Source: Actinomycetota bacterium (GTDB lineage: Bacteria; Actinomycetota; Geothermincolia; Geothermincolales; RBG-13-55-18). Taken from it: a stretch of 61,010 nucleotides of DNA. Of this stretch, positions 19,534 to 28,699 are shown in pieces. Location: positions 1 to 61,010 of the forward strand of contig JACVJK010000004.1 in NCBI GenBank assembly GCA_015711955.1, in the 5' to 3' direction. The notes under the pieces were generated by a model. That model searched no databases. It worked only from the letters and a program-made list of their open reading frames with translations, and had not been told where the DNA came from. Position 1 is the stretch's first letter; every line of letters begins with the position of its first letter. A program made the translations under genes and the position numbers.

Positions 19534-20477
19534 GGACGGCACCTCCCTCCTTGTACTTTTGCGTCTCCTGTACGTTTACCGCAAAATCCCGCTCACGATC
19601 CCTTGCTTGGAGAACAAGAACGCTTGTGAAAAGGAAAACCCTTGATCTCTAGGCATCACCCCCTTTCTCGTGGAGAGAATTCCCACGCCAACCTCATAGA
19701 GTCATTGGATTGCTCATGCCGACCAGCCGTACAGCCGTAGTAGTTATATTGCCCCTCCTTTTGGGGGATAAACATGGTCGGTGAGCTCGGCCCAATTCGG
19801 GCAGCAAGGGCAAACGGTCCGCAAGTCGTCCCCTGAACCAAACCTTGCCGTCCGAAAAGGAGTCCTATTGCCGCTTCTGTACCTCGAATCGCTGTCGCAT
19901 TTCCGATTACAAGGAGGAAGAAGGACAACCGGATTTGATTCTGGCCACTGTACGCTGACCGCAAGCAAGCGCAGTAAAGTTAGCGGGGAAAGATCCGGGG
20001 AATCGTTAAGCGGGATGATCATGATAAATGACAAGATTCATATTGGACGAAGGTTTGGTTTTCCGAATACGTGGTGATGAAGTTGGGCGAACACCCTAAC
20101 TTGCCTCGCGAAAAAACCGTACACAGGCGCAAAATGGGGCAAGAAAGTCATATACTGGCTGGAAAAGCCGTGCCCCGTGACCACCTATAAGCTCCTGAAT
20201 TACAACTGATCCGTTAACCCTGATGCTCTCTTTTACAGGAACTACTGGAAAGTAGGAGAGGAGTGAAGATTTTTGAGGGCAACAAATCGCTCCACTATTG
20301 GGGTCAACGCGATTTTGTTCGCCTAGTTGATTGATGGACGCATGAGGGGGGTGGCCGTTTTCGCCCCCAGCGTGCATGAGATCTAACACTATCAACTGGG
20401 GCAAAAGGGTCTGGGGCGAGAAAACCGCACTGGCCACGCCTTCTCCCTCGTGGTCAGTTGTTTCTGAAGGGGAAAAG

Positions 20478-22010
20478 CTATTCGGCGTGTTTATGGGCCT
20501 TGGCGAACCTCTCCCCGGCTAACGATGCCAAAGGGAAGACGATCATGGGAACCAGCATCGCCACGCTTCCGGCAAAAGGGATCCAGGGGGTGCTCAGGGA
20601 AAAGGGTTTGCCCGTTCGGAGGCACCACCACCAAGAGAGGCCTATGGACAGGCCCAAAGAGCAGGCCGTGCCCGCAAAGAGAGAGGCCCAGGCTCCGGTG
20701 GCGTTTGCCCTTTTCCAGAACAGGCCATAGAGGTAAGGGGCAATGAAGGCACCGGTTATGGTTCCCCAGGAGATGGACATCATGTTCACGATGAAAGACC
20801 AAGGCCTCAAGGCGATGAAGAGGGAGATGATCACGAATAGGCCGCAAAGACCTCTCAAGAGCCAAGCGCTCCTCTTGACGCCCAGGGACTTTTCCCCGCC
20901 CATCAAATCCACCACCACTGAGGATCCTGAGATGAGCACCAAAGAGGACAGGGTGGACATGGACGCCGATAACACCATCAACATTATCAGGACGGATAAG
21001 GCTTGGGGGAGATGGCGGTTCACCAGGGCCGGCATCAAGTTATCCGCTCCCAGTAGGGTTACCTCCTCCGGAGAGAAGAAGACGCGGGTGAAGGCTCCGG
21101 AAAAGTATGCGCCAAAAGTACAGATGAGGGCAAAACCGGTGGAAACCACCATAGCCCTGCGGGAGCTCTCGGCGCTTTTTATGGAATAGAACTTCTGCAC
21201 CATCTGAGGAAGGCCGACGGGCCCCAGGGAGGTCAGAACCACCAAAGACAAAAGGCCCAGCCAGGTGGGAGGGGAAAATGGCGACTGGGTTACCGGGGTG
21301 TTTCTCACCATCTCCAGGGCCTTGCTCACCCCGCCCTCTAACATGGAAGCTTTCAAAAGCACGAGGATCACCAGCAACGCTGACCCCAGTACCATGATTA
21401 GGCCCTGTATGAAGTTCACCAAGGCGATGGCCAGGTAACCTCCAAAAACTATGTAAAAGCCGGTGAGCAGGGCCATGGTGGATAGGGCCAAGGAGTAATC
21501 GATCCCCAACACTTCCTCGAATAGGTACGAGAGGCCCATGTAGACCGATGAGGAGTAAGGGATCAGGAAGAGGAAAATTATTAGGGCGGAGGTCTTCATG
21601 AACAGGTCGCTGCCGTACAGATGTCGAAAGAGTTCTGGCATGGTCATGACTCCGAGGTGGGCGGTTAACTCGCGTGTGCGGGCTGCCAATATCAGCCAAG
21701 GAAGGAGGGTTCCGATCAATACGTTGCCCGCCACAATCCATAGGCCGCCCAATCCGTAGCCCCAGCCGATCCTTCCCGCGTATCCCACGAAAAGGACGGC
21801 GGAGAAATAGGTAGTGCCGTAGGCAAAAGCGGAGAGCCATGGGCCGATGGAGCGGTCTGCGAGGATGAAGGAAGTGATATCCCTGGCGCGCCTCGATGAG
21901 TACAGGGCTAATATCACCAGGGAGGCGATATAAACCGCAAGGACTGCGATCTTGGCTGCGTTCATGGAAACCTGCCTTGTTGGATGGCTTATTTTATCAC
22001 GGGAGGCCAA
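20478..22010 (-). CDS. Sodium:solute symporter family (SSF) transporter
   Basis: The roughly 500-aa protein has about 13 hydrophobic segments and an SSF-like pattern (GYAGRIGWGYG, LPQMVQKFYS). The real start is possibly ATG 21965. Confidence 0.85.
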   Translation of the reverse strand: MASRDKISHPTRQVSMNAAKIAVLAVYIASLVILALYSSRRARDITSFILADRSIGPWLSAFAYGTTYFSAVLFVGYAGRIGWGYGLGGLWIVAGNVLIGTLLPWLILAARTRELTAHLGVMTMPELFRHLYGSDLFMKTSALIIFLFLIPYSSSVYMGLSYLFEEVLGIDYSLALSTMALLTGFYIVFGGYLAIALVNFIQGLIMVLGSALLVILVLLKASMLEGGVSKALEMVRNTPVTQSPFSPPTWLGLLSLVVLTSLGPVGLPQMVQKFYSIKSAESSRRAMVVSTGFALICTFGAYFSGAFTRVFFSPEEVTLLGADNLMPALVNRHLPQALSVLIMLMVLSASMSTLSSLVLISGSSVVVDLMGGEKSLGVKRSAWLLRGLCGLFVIISLFIALRPWSFIVNMMSISWGTITGAFIAPYLYGLFWKRANATGAWASLFAGTACSLGLSIGLSWWWCLRTGKPFSLSTPWIPFAGSVAMLVPMIVFPLASLAGERFAKAHKHAE

Positions 22011-22213
22011 ATGGGTTTAAAGAGCGGGAAAGGGAGTAGAGTACGGACCACTGGCTGTCGCTCCCGTATAGGGCGATCGACCTGATACTGGCTTCGAGTA
22101 GATCGAATACAGGGGACGAAGTATTCGCGAAAGTTGCTTCTGGATCGGGGTTTTCCCGCAAGAGCACCTTTGCCTCAACCCCTCCCCGCCTCGATGGCAA
22201 ATGAAGAATGACG

Positions 22214-23383
22214 TCAGTCCCTCTCGACGTTAACCTCCAGCACCGGTCCTTTTAAGCTCCAATGAGGGGTCGACGACGTGACACCGGAAACCACCTCGTA
22301 GTAGCCCTGCAAAAGGCCCACCAAAAGAAGATGCAAGGCCGGGTTGACCATGCGAAGGAACAGGCCTTCAGGGCCAACCCGGAACTCTTCCAGGTAACCC
22401 AACCCCCGCACGGCCAGCAGTCTCCTGAACTCCTCGAGGGTCCCTATGTCGTCGGGCGAGTAAAGACGTCCGCTCTTCACGAATAGCCGCTGTGCCTCCA
22501 CTATCGTTTGAGGTATTTCCTCCCCCAACTCCCGCTCCATCTCGGCGAAGATCGCTTCCAGGTATGCTGGACCTATCATGCAGAGGCGTCTTCCGGAAAG
22601 ACGATCAACGATGATGCCCTCATCGGGGTCCCAAGAGAACCAGGCTAACTCCTGGGGCCCGCCGCAGGAGGGACATGGCTCCAGGTTGTAACCCACTGGT
22701 TGATATGGGTATCTACGAGTTTTGAGTCGCTCCTGGAACTGAGGGGGGTGTTCAGAGGGAAAAACCCTGATCCTGACCAAGTCGTCACCTACCACCTGGT
22801 ATTCAACGTCATTGTCTCGGGAAGTGACCGCCTCCACCGCGCCGGTCATGTCACCGCACCACAAGGGTACTGAATACGGGTTATTGACCACTTGAGTGAG
22901 GTGATCGTCCTCCTGGTATTGGAACTTGTAGCTTTCCAGCTTGGGCTTCCCGTATCCCATGGCCACCGAGATGGCGTTGTTTGCCTGTATGAGAGGCTCC
23001 ACCGGGATCTCAAGTCGCCTCACTCCCTCTCTCACCTCCGGTGGAGTGATGCGTAAGACATAATCCCGAGTGGCCCTCCTTTTGGTCTCTATGACTATGC
23101 GTTCTATGGGGATGGCTAAAAGTTCCTCGATCTTGCGGAAAAGCAAGTCGAGGTTCTCCGTTTCCACGAGCACCATCCTGTGATCGAGATCCAAGCTCTG
23201 CACGGTTACCCCTCCGTCTAGCCATCGATGGTTGGCCACGAAGAGCAGGGGTGCACCGCAGGTGAGGCATCGCTCAAGCCCGAGGTCTTGGTCCAAGATA
23301 ACACCTCCCTCTACTTTATTCGGGGTGCGCTTGAACGCTTCTCGATGGTCTGGTCGAATGTTCGCGTCGGACTTACGCCACAT
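22214..23383 (-). CDS. Hypothetical protein with two tandem CxxC + V4R-like modules
   Basis: An internal duplication is visible. CLTCGAPLLFVANHRWLDGG...RMVLVETENLDLLFRKIEELL...NNPYSVPLWCGDMTGAVEAV aligns with CPSCGGPQELAWFSWDPDEG...RRLCMIGPAYLEAIFAEMEREL...VNPALHLLLVGLLQGYYEVV. A strong SD (AGGGAGGTG) precedes an internal TTG at 23296, which may be the true start. Confidence 0.6.
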   Translation of the reverse strand: MWRKSDANIRPDHREAFKRTPNKVEGGVILDQDLGLERCLTCGAPLLFVANHRWLDGGVTVQSLDLDHRMVLVETENLDLLFRKIEELLAIPIERIVIETKRRATRDYVLRITPPEVREGVRRLEIPVEPLIQANNAISVAMGYGKPKLESYKFQYQEDDHLTQVVNNPYSVPLWCGDMTGAVEAVTSRDNDVEYQVVGDDLVRIRVFPSEHPPQFQERLKTRRYPYQPVGYNLEPCPSCGGPQELAWFSWDPDEGIIVDRLSGRRLCMIGPAYLEAIFAEMERELGEEIPQTIVEAQRLFVKSGRLYSPDDIGTLEEFRRLLAVRGLGYLEEFRVGPEGLFLRMVNPALHLLLVGLLQGYYEVVSGVTSSTPHWSLKGPVLEVNVERD

Positions 23384-23522
23384 CTATTCACTATTATTTG
23401 CTTCAATGTGAGAGTTCCTCCTCCCTTCATCTTCTTATGGGCGAACAAGCTCGACAGGCAAGAAAAGGGGGCAGGATAACCAAGTTACTGGGACCCCCTT
23501 GAGGATCACCCATCCCCGCTGA

Positions 23523-23616
23523 TTTCCCGGAGGGGTCAAAAGACACGTGGAAGGCCTGGCTAGGGCATTGCGATCTCGAGGCCACCGGGTCATCGTGATG
23601 GCCCCCGCCAGACGCG
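23523..23616 (+). repeat. Upstream copy of a perfect 94-bp direct repeat, a promoterless fragment of pimA codons 13-44
   Basis: This copy is identical base for base to 23672-23765. An in-frame TGA precedes it immediately and there is no start codon, so it looks like a gene-fragment remnant. Confidence 0.9.
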
Positions 23617-23635
23617 AAAGATTTAAAATACCCTC

Positions 23636-24718
23636 ATGAGAGTCCTCATGGTCTCCCCCTATTCCTGGGACTTTCCCGGAGGGGTCAAAAGACACGTGGA
23701 AGGCCTGGCTAGGGCATTGCGATCTCGAGGCCACCGGGTCATCGTGATGGCCCCCGCCAGACGCGGTGGGGAGAATTTCATCTCCGCCGGAAGATCTGTA
23801 CCGATACCCTTCAATCGGTCTGTGGCCAGGCTGGGGTTGGGGCCGGGAACCCTGAAAGCCGTTTTTTCCGCTTTACGAATGGACTTCGATATTGTGCATC
23901 TTCACGAGCCGTTGGTGCCCGGGCCCTGCCTTTTGAGTTTGGTCAGTAATTCCTTGCCTCTGGTGGGGACTTTTCACGCTGCTCGGGAGGAGGGAAGCTG
24001 GGCCTATGCCTTGGGACGGCCTTGCCTTTCCAAGTTGATAGGGAGGCTGTCTGCCAGGATAGCCGTGAGTCCAGCGGCGGAGTCATTCGTATCCCGTTAC
24101 TTCCCAGGAGATTACCGTATTATTCCCAATGGGGTTGACATCGAGACATTCAGCCCCCACGGCACTGACCTGAGGGAAAGCCTTGGGCTTGATCGACAAG
24201 GCATGGTATTCCTCTTCGTCGGCAGGAATGAGCCCAGGAAGGGTTTGGCGATAGCGCTGAAGGCCTTCAAGCGCTTTAGATCTTCTGGGCGAAAAGCGTG
24301 GATGCTGGTGGTGGGGACGGACGATGTCCCTGAGAAGGAAGACGGAGTACTGCCGATGGGGGTCGTGGGAGAAGAGGAGCTTCCCTCCGTTTATCGCACA
24401 GCGGACTTGTTGTTGGCTCCCTCTTTGGGAGGCGAGAGTTTCGGTATGATCCTGGTGGAGGCCATGGCCTGCGGAGTCCCGGTGATAGCCTCGGATATTC
24501 CCGGTTACCGCTACGTTTTGGCTGATGGCATAGGCGGGAGGTTGGTGCCTCCTGGAGACGTAGATGCTCTGCTGAGGTCCATGGAGGAATTGGCGACAGA
24601 TCCCTTGCTGAGAAGGGATATGGCAGTTGATGCTCTGGAGCGAGCCAAACAGTTCTCCTGGGCTTGGGTCTCGCAGCTCGTGGAGGAGGTGTACAGGGAG
24701 GCTGTCGCGGGCCCCTGA
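23636..24718 (+). CDS. pimA: GT4-family glycosyltransferase, phosphatidylinositol alpha-mannosyltransferase-like
   Basis: The N-terminus MRVLMVSPYSWDFPGGVKRHV resembles PimA. The GT-B C-terminal motif is ESFGMILVEAMACGVPVIASDIPG. The genomic context is a PI gene cluster. Confidence 0.85.
   Translation: MRVLMVSPYSWDFPGGVKRHVEGLARALRSRGHRVIVMAPARRGGENFISAGRSVPIPFNRSVARLGLGPGTLKAVFSALRMDFDIVHLHEPLVPGPCLLSLVSNSLPLVGTFHAAREEGSWAYALGRPCLSKLIGRLSARIAVSPAAESFVSRYFPGDYRIIPNGVDIETFSPHGTDLRESLGLDRQGMVFLFVGRNEPRKGLAIALKAFKRFRSSGRKAWMLVVGTDDVPEKEDGVLPMGVVGEEELPSVYRTADLLLAPSLGGESFGMILVEAMACGVPVIASDIPGYRYVLADGIGGRLVPPGDVDALLRSMEELATDPLLRRDMAVDALERAKQFSWAWVSQLVEEVYREAVAGP
23672..23765 (+). repeat. Downstream copy of the 94-bp direct repeat, inside the intact pimA-like gene
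   Basis: It is identical to 23523-23616 and encodes FPGGVKRHVEGLARALRSRGHRVIVMAPARR. Confidence 0.9.
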
Positions 24719-24847
24719 GGACATGACCGACGGCTATGGGCTGGGAGTTTTTGGATTGCCCTACCTCGAGACGAAGGCGGTCTTTCCCCTGGGAAGGGAA
24801 TCAAATCTATCGGTCGTATTGAAGCGGATCAATGGAGGCGGAAGAGA

Positions 24848-25834
24848 ATGATGGGGAGGAAGGGGTCCATGGATTTTAACGAATTGCGGGATTTCTGCCG
24901 AGATCTCGCGGACGAGATAAGGGAAGTGGTTAGGCCGTATTTGGGCAGGCCGGAGGCTCGCTTGATGACGGGAAGGGGCAGCAGCGGTGATTCCACTTTT
25001 TCCATTGACGAAAGGGCGGAGAGGGTAGTGGAGGAGAGGATGGAGCAGGCGGAGGGACTGGCCTATTTCTCCGAGGACCGGGGCCTGGTTAGGGTGGGAG
25101 GGGAAAGGTGGGTCCTGGTGGTGGACCCTATAGATGGTACCCGTCCGGCTGCCGCAGGGCTGGAAGCCTGTTGCGTATCCATTGCGGCGGCTCCTTTGGG
25201 CGACAGGGATCCCTCATCCTTGACCCTGGGGGATGTTAGTTACGGAATCATAAGAGAATTAAAAGGCGACGCCTCATTTGAGGCGGTCAAAGGTGAAGGG
25301 GCGGAATTCAGGGAAGGGGGTGTCCTTCGCCGAATGGAACCAGTGCCCCACGATGACATTTCCACCCTTTTCTGGACCATAGGTTTCCGGGGTAGGCCCG
25401 CTTTGCCCTTGGTGACGGTGCTCGAGGAGCTTATAGACGCTTCCAGTGTGGACGGGAGTTTGTTTGACCTCGGGAGTGCAACCTACTGTATCACGCGTTT
25501 GCTCACAGGGCAGATGGACGCTTACGTGGATGTCGGTGACCGTATGCTGAGAGAGGTTCCCGAGTTGGAGGAGCATTTTCGCCGGATTGGCCACGGCAAC
25601 GTGCTCAATAACAGCTCTTACGATCTGGCAGCGGCCTATTTGCTGGCCAGAGAGACGGGAATAGCTATATCTGATGCCTATGGTCGAGACCTCGCCGGGT
25701 ATCCCCTTTTGGTTTCGGGCAGGGATGGGCAGCTTTCGTGCATCGCAGCGGTGTCCCAGGGATTGTTGAGGCATCTGGTGAGCATAGTGGATCGGGGCAT
25801 AGAAAAGCTGAGAGCATGTTATCGGCAGCAGTGA
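24848..25834 (+). CDS. Inositol monophosphatase / FBPase-family phosphatase
   Basis: Motifs FSEDRG, VVDPIDGTRP and C-terminal YDLAAAYLLARETG match the IMPase fold signature. Confidence 0.8.
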   Translation: MMGRKGSMDFNELRDFCRDLADEIREVVRPYLGRPEARLMTGRGSSGDSTFSIDERAERVVEERMEQAEGLAYFSEDRGLVRVGGERWVLVVDPIDGTRPAAAGLEACCVSIAAAPLGDRDPSSLTLGDVSYGIIRELKGDASFEAVKGEGAEFREGGVLRRMEPVPHDDISTLFWTIGFRGRPALPLVTVLEELIDASSVDGSLFDLGSATYCITRLLTGQMDAYVDVGDRMLREVPELEEHFRRIGHGNVLNNSSYDLAAAYLLARETGIAISDAYGRDLAGYPLLVSGRDGQLSCIAAVSQGLLRHLVSIVDRGIEKLRACYRQQ

Positions 25835-25941
25835 TCCCTCACGGAAACTGGGTGGTGGGTATACCGTTTCCAAGAAGGCATAATGGCTGTAGCATGAGGG
25901 ATGCATTCCAGTTTTTCGGGCAGGTATCTCGAGGTGGCTAG

Positions 25942-26577
25942 TTGAGCCTCATCGCTATATTCGCCGTGGCTTTCACTGTGGGACTTTCTGGGGCCATGAC
26001 TCCGGGGCCTCTGCTCACCGCAACGGTGGGGGAGACCTACCGAAGGGGATTCGCTGCCGGTCCGATGATCGTGGCGGGTCATTCTTTCCTTGAGGCCATG
26101 TTGTTGATGGCGCTTTTGCTGGGGCTGGGTAGTCTTTTCTCGCACGGCACGTTCTTCGGGATCACCGCGCTGGCAGGGGGTGTCTTTTTGGTTTGGATGG
26201 GGTGCGGAATGGCGGTGGAAGCAAAACGAGGGCGCAAACCGGAATCCCAGGGCGCCTCTTCGCTGCTCCAGTGGGGACCTTTCGTTGCCGGTTTTTTAGT
26301 AAGCCTTTCCAATCCTTACTGGATCATATGGTGGGCCACTTTCGGCGTCAGCCATCTGACTCGCTCCTCGGAAATGGGTGCGGCGGGGATAATTTCCTTT
26401 TACTTTGGGCATGTTCTCGCGGACGCTGTTTGGTACCTGGCGGTGGCTTTTATGGTGGCCACTGGCAGAAGATGGCTTCCCGAGCGGTTTTATCGCATGG
26501 TGATGACCGGGTGCGCCCTCTTTTTGGTCATCCTAGGAGGTAGGTTCGCGGCTGACGGCCTCACCCGTCTCATATGA
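25942..26577 (+). CDS. LysE/RhtB-family amino-acid exporter
   Basis: The roughly 210-aa protein has 6 TM segments, and the N-terminus FTVGLSGAMTPGPLL is typical of LysE translocators. The start is TTG. Confidence 0.75.
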   Translation: MSLIAIFAVAFTVGLSGAMTPGPLLTATVGETYRRGFAAGPMIVAGHSFLEAMLLMALLLGLGSLFSHGTFFGITALAGGVFLVWMGCGMAVEAKRGRKPESQGASSLLQWGPFVAGFLVSLSNPYWIIWWATFGVSHLTRSSEMGAAGIISFYFGHVLADAVWYLAVAFMVATGRRWLPERFYRMVMTGCALFLVILGGRFAADGLTRLI

Positions 26578-26833
26578 GCCGAGATATCGCGCTTTCTCGC
26601 TTCCGTGCGTGACCAACTCATCGGAAAACCAAGATAGGGTACCATGGATCAATCTTTCCGCGGTTGAGTAGATGGCAGGTCGCGGTCATCGATAGGGAAT
26701 CAGGCTGCGGTGTTACACGAGGAACTAAGCCTTCGGGTTCCATGTCCTAATATTATGCTAACCTTATACAGGTTTCCCGGGACGAGATGCGGGCGCCGTT
26801 TCGGGCTTGGAGGAAAAGGGAAGGAGAGACTCC

Positions 26834-27397
26834 ATGACTGCACTGATTGTGATGCTGGTGGTGCTGGGCCTGATCCTGCTATACGCCGTCTTTTACTACA
26901 ACAAACTCGTCCGTTTACGGAACCAAGTGGATAACGCCTGGCACCAGATCGATGTGCAGCTTAAGAGGAGGTATGACCTCATACCCAACCTGGTGGAGAC
27001 GGTGAAAGGGTATGCGGCTCACGAAAAGGAGGTCCTGGAAAGTGTCACAAAAGCCCGAGCCATGGGCATCGAGGCGAAGACGGTGGGAGAACAGGCTGAG
27101 GCAGAAAACGCCATCACGCAAGCGTTGCGGACCCTATTCGCCGTGGCGGAGAGTTACCCAGACCTGAAAGCAAATCAGAACTTTTTGATGTTGCAAGAGG
27201 AACTGGCCGGAACGGAGTCCAAGATCGCCTACGCCCGCCAGTTCTACAACGATATGGTCATGGCCTACGATATAGCTCGACAGAGGTTTCCTGGAAATAT
27301 CGTAGCCGCTTTGTTTTCGGGGGTTTTCACTCCGAGGGAATATTTCGAGATCGAGTTGGCCGCAGAGCGGGAAGCCCCAAAGGTCTCCTTTTCATGA
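26834..27397 (+). CDS. lemA: LemA family protein
   Basis: An N-terminal TM is followed by [49 protein letters not shown] 26834 follows a GGGAAGGAGAG SD. Confidence 0.9.
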   Translation: MTALIVMLVVLGLILLYAVFYYNKLVRLRNQVDNAWHQIDVQLKRRYDLIPNLVETVKGYAAHEKEVLESVTKARAMGIEAKTVGEQAEAENAITQALRTLFAVAESYPDLKANQNFLMLQEELAGTESKIAYARQFYNDMVMAYDIARQRFPGNIVAALFSGVFTPREYFEIELAAEREAPKVSFS

Positions 27398-27495
27398 CGG
27401 GTATTTTTCATGACTGGTATAGGGCTTTTGCGCACGAGGACTTTATGGCATGTAGGTTAGGCCTGTGGGTAGTGGGACAGGAGGTGTGAGGCTCC

Positions 27496-28458
27496 ATGGC
27501 CCTTACCACTTTCTACGAGGAGATCAGAAAGAACAAGATAAAATCCGCCCTGCTGGTATCCGGGTTCATCGCCCTCATACTATTGCTGGGCTATTTCGTG
27601 GGCTCTATATGGGGAAGGGAAGCCGCGTTTACGGGCTTGATCATAGCCACCGCTATAGCCATCATTATGTCCTTGACCAGCTATTACTACAGCGACAAGA
27701 TAGCTTTGGCCTCGGTGGGGGCTCGGCCCGTCACCCGGGAGGAGTACCCCTATTACGTCAACACGGTGGAGGGTTTGGCGTTGGCTGCGGGAATCCCTAT
27801 GCCTCGGACGTACGTCATCGACACTCCTGCCATGAATGCTTTTGCCACCGGAAGGGATCCGGAACACTCTGCCATTGCCGTGACTACAGGCTTGCTGGAG
27901 AAGTGCAATCGTCTTGAGCTTGAAGGGGTTATAGCCCATGAGATCTCTCACATCAAGAACTACGACATTAGGCTCATGTCCATGGTGGTGGTATTGGTGG
28001 GGTTGGTGGTGCTTTTCTCGGAGATAATGTTGCGCACCCTCTTTTTCGGAGGAGGGAGGAGGAGGAATGATAGCGAGGGCTCCGGCGCGATTTACCTGAT
28101 CATACTCATACTCGGTCTCGCCTTTCTCGTATTATCACCGATAGTGGCTCAGCTCCTCCAGCTTGCCATCTCCCGTCGAAGGGAGTTCTTGGCCGACGCC
28201 AGCGCCGCCTACCTCACCCGTTACCCCGAGGGCTTGGCCAGCGCCTTGGAGAAGCTCACGGTTGAGGCCAAACCCTTCCCCCAGGCAAACAATGCCGTCG
28301 CCCATCTATTCATAGTCCAGCCCTTCCGGAATCGGGTCGACCCCAGGAAGCGTTTCAGGACCAGCATTTGGGATACCCATCCACCGGTGGAGGAGAGGAT
28401 CCGCCGACTTAGGGCCATGGCTGGAATGGATGGAATGATCAGGTCAGCGGAAATGTGA
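27496..28458 (+). CDS. htpX: M48-family zinc metalloprotease HtpX
   Basis: HEISHIKNYD (HExxH), four TM segments and EFLADASAAYLT are present. It is paired with the upstream lemA, as is often seen. Confidence 0.9.
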   Translation: MALTTFYEEIRKNKIKSALLVSGFIALILLLGYFVGSIWGREAAFTGLIIATAIAIIMSLTSYYYSDKIALASVGARPVTREEYPYYVNTVEGLALAAGIPMPRTYVIDTPAMNAFATGRDPEHSAIAVTTGLLEKCNRLELEGVIAHEISHIKNYDIRLMSMVVVLVGLVVLFSEIMLRTLFFGGGRRRNDSEGSGAIYLIILILGLAFLVLSPIVAQLLQLAISRRREFLADASAAYLTRYPEGLASALEKLTVEAKPFPQANNAVAHLFIVQPFRNRVDPRKRFRTSIWDTHPPVEERIRRLRAMAGMDGMIRSAEM

Positions 28459-28680
28459 GGGGGATGAACGCGGTTCGAGAAGCATAATTTGGTCGATGGA
28501 CGATCTTGATGGATCAAAGCAACCCAACCTAGCATTGTGCCCCGATACGCACAACCTTTGCCGTGTTTCTTCGGTCGATCAGGTGGGCCTCATCAAGGGA
28601 AGGCCTCGATTGAAGGTCGCTCGAGGTTGGGATAAGATAGAAGTAGCCCGCTGAGGGCTTTATTAATTACCGAGGGCACT

Positions 28681-28699
28681 ATTCCGGAAGTTCCGGAAT
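28681..28699. promoter_or_regulatory. Perfect 19-bp palindrome ATTCCGGAA-G-TTCCGGAAT upstream of pdxS (candidate operator)
   Basis: Two 9-bp arms lie around a single central base, 86 nt upstream of the pdxS ATG in a 326-nt intergenic region. Confidence 0.4.

Noticed and set aside
20965-20972. A GCCGATAA string resembling the sigma-28 -10 element.
   Set aside because: It lies inside the symporter coding region on the antisense strand, with no TAAA -35 element at the proper spacing.
21040-21840. A 266-aa minus-strand ORF and the 148-aa plus-strand ORF at 20743-21189, both inside the symporter gene.
   Set aside because: These are alternative or antisense frames of a clearly polytopic SSF transporter. 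They have no independent signals.
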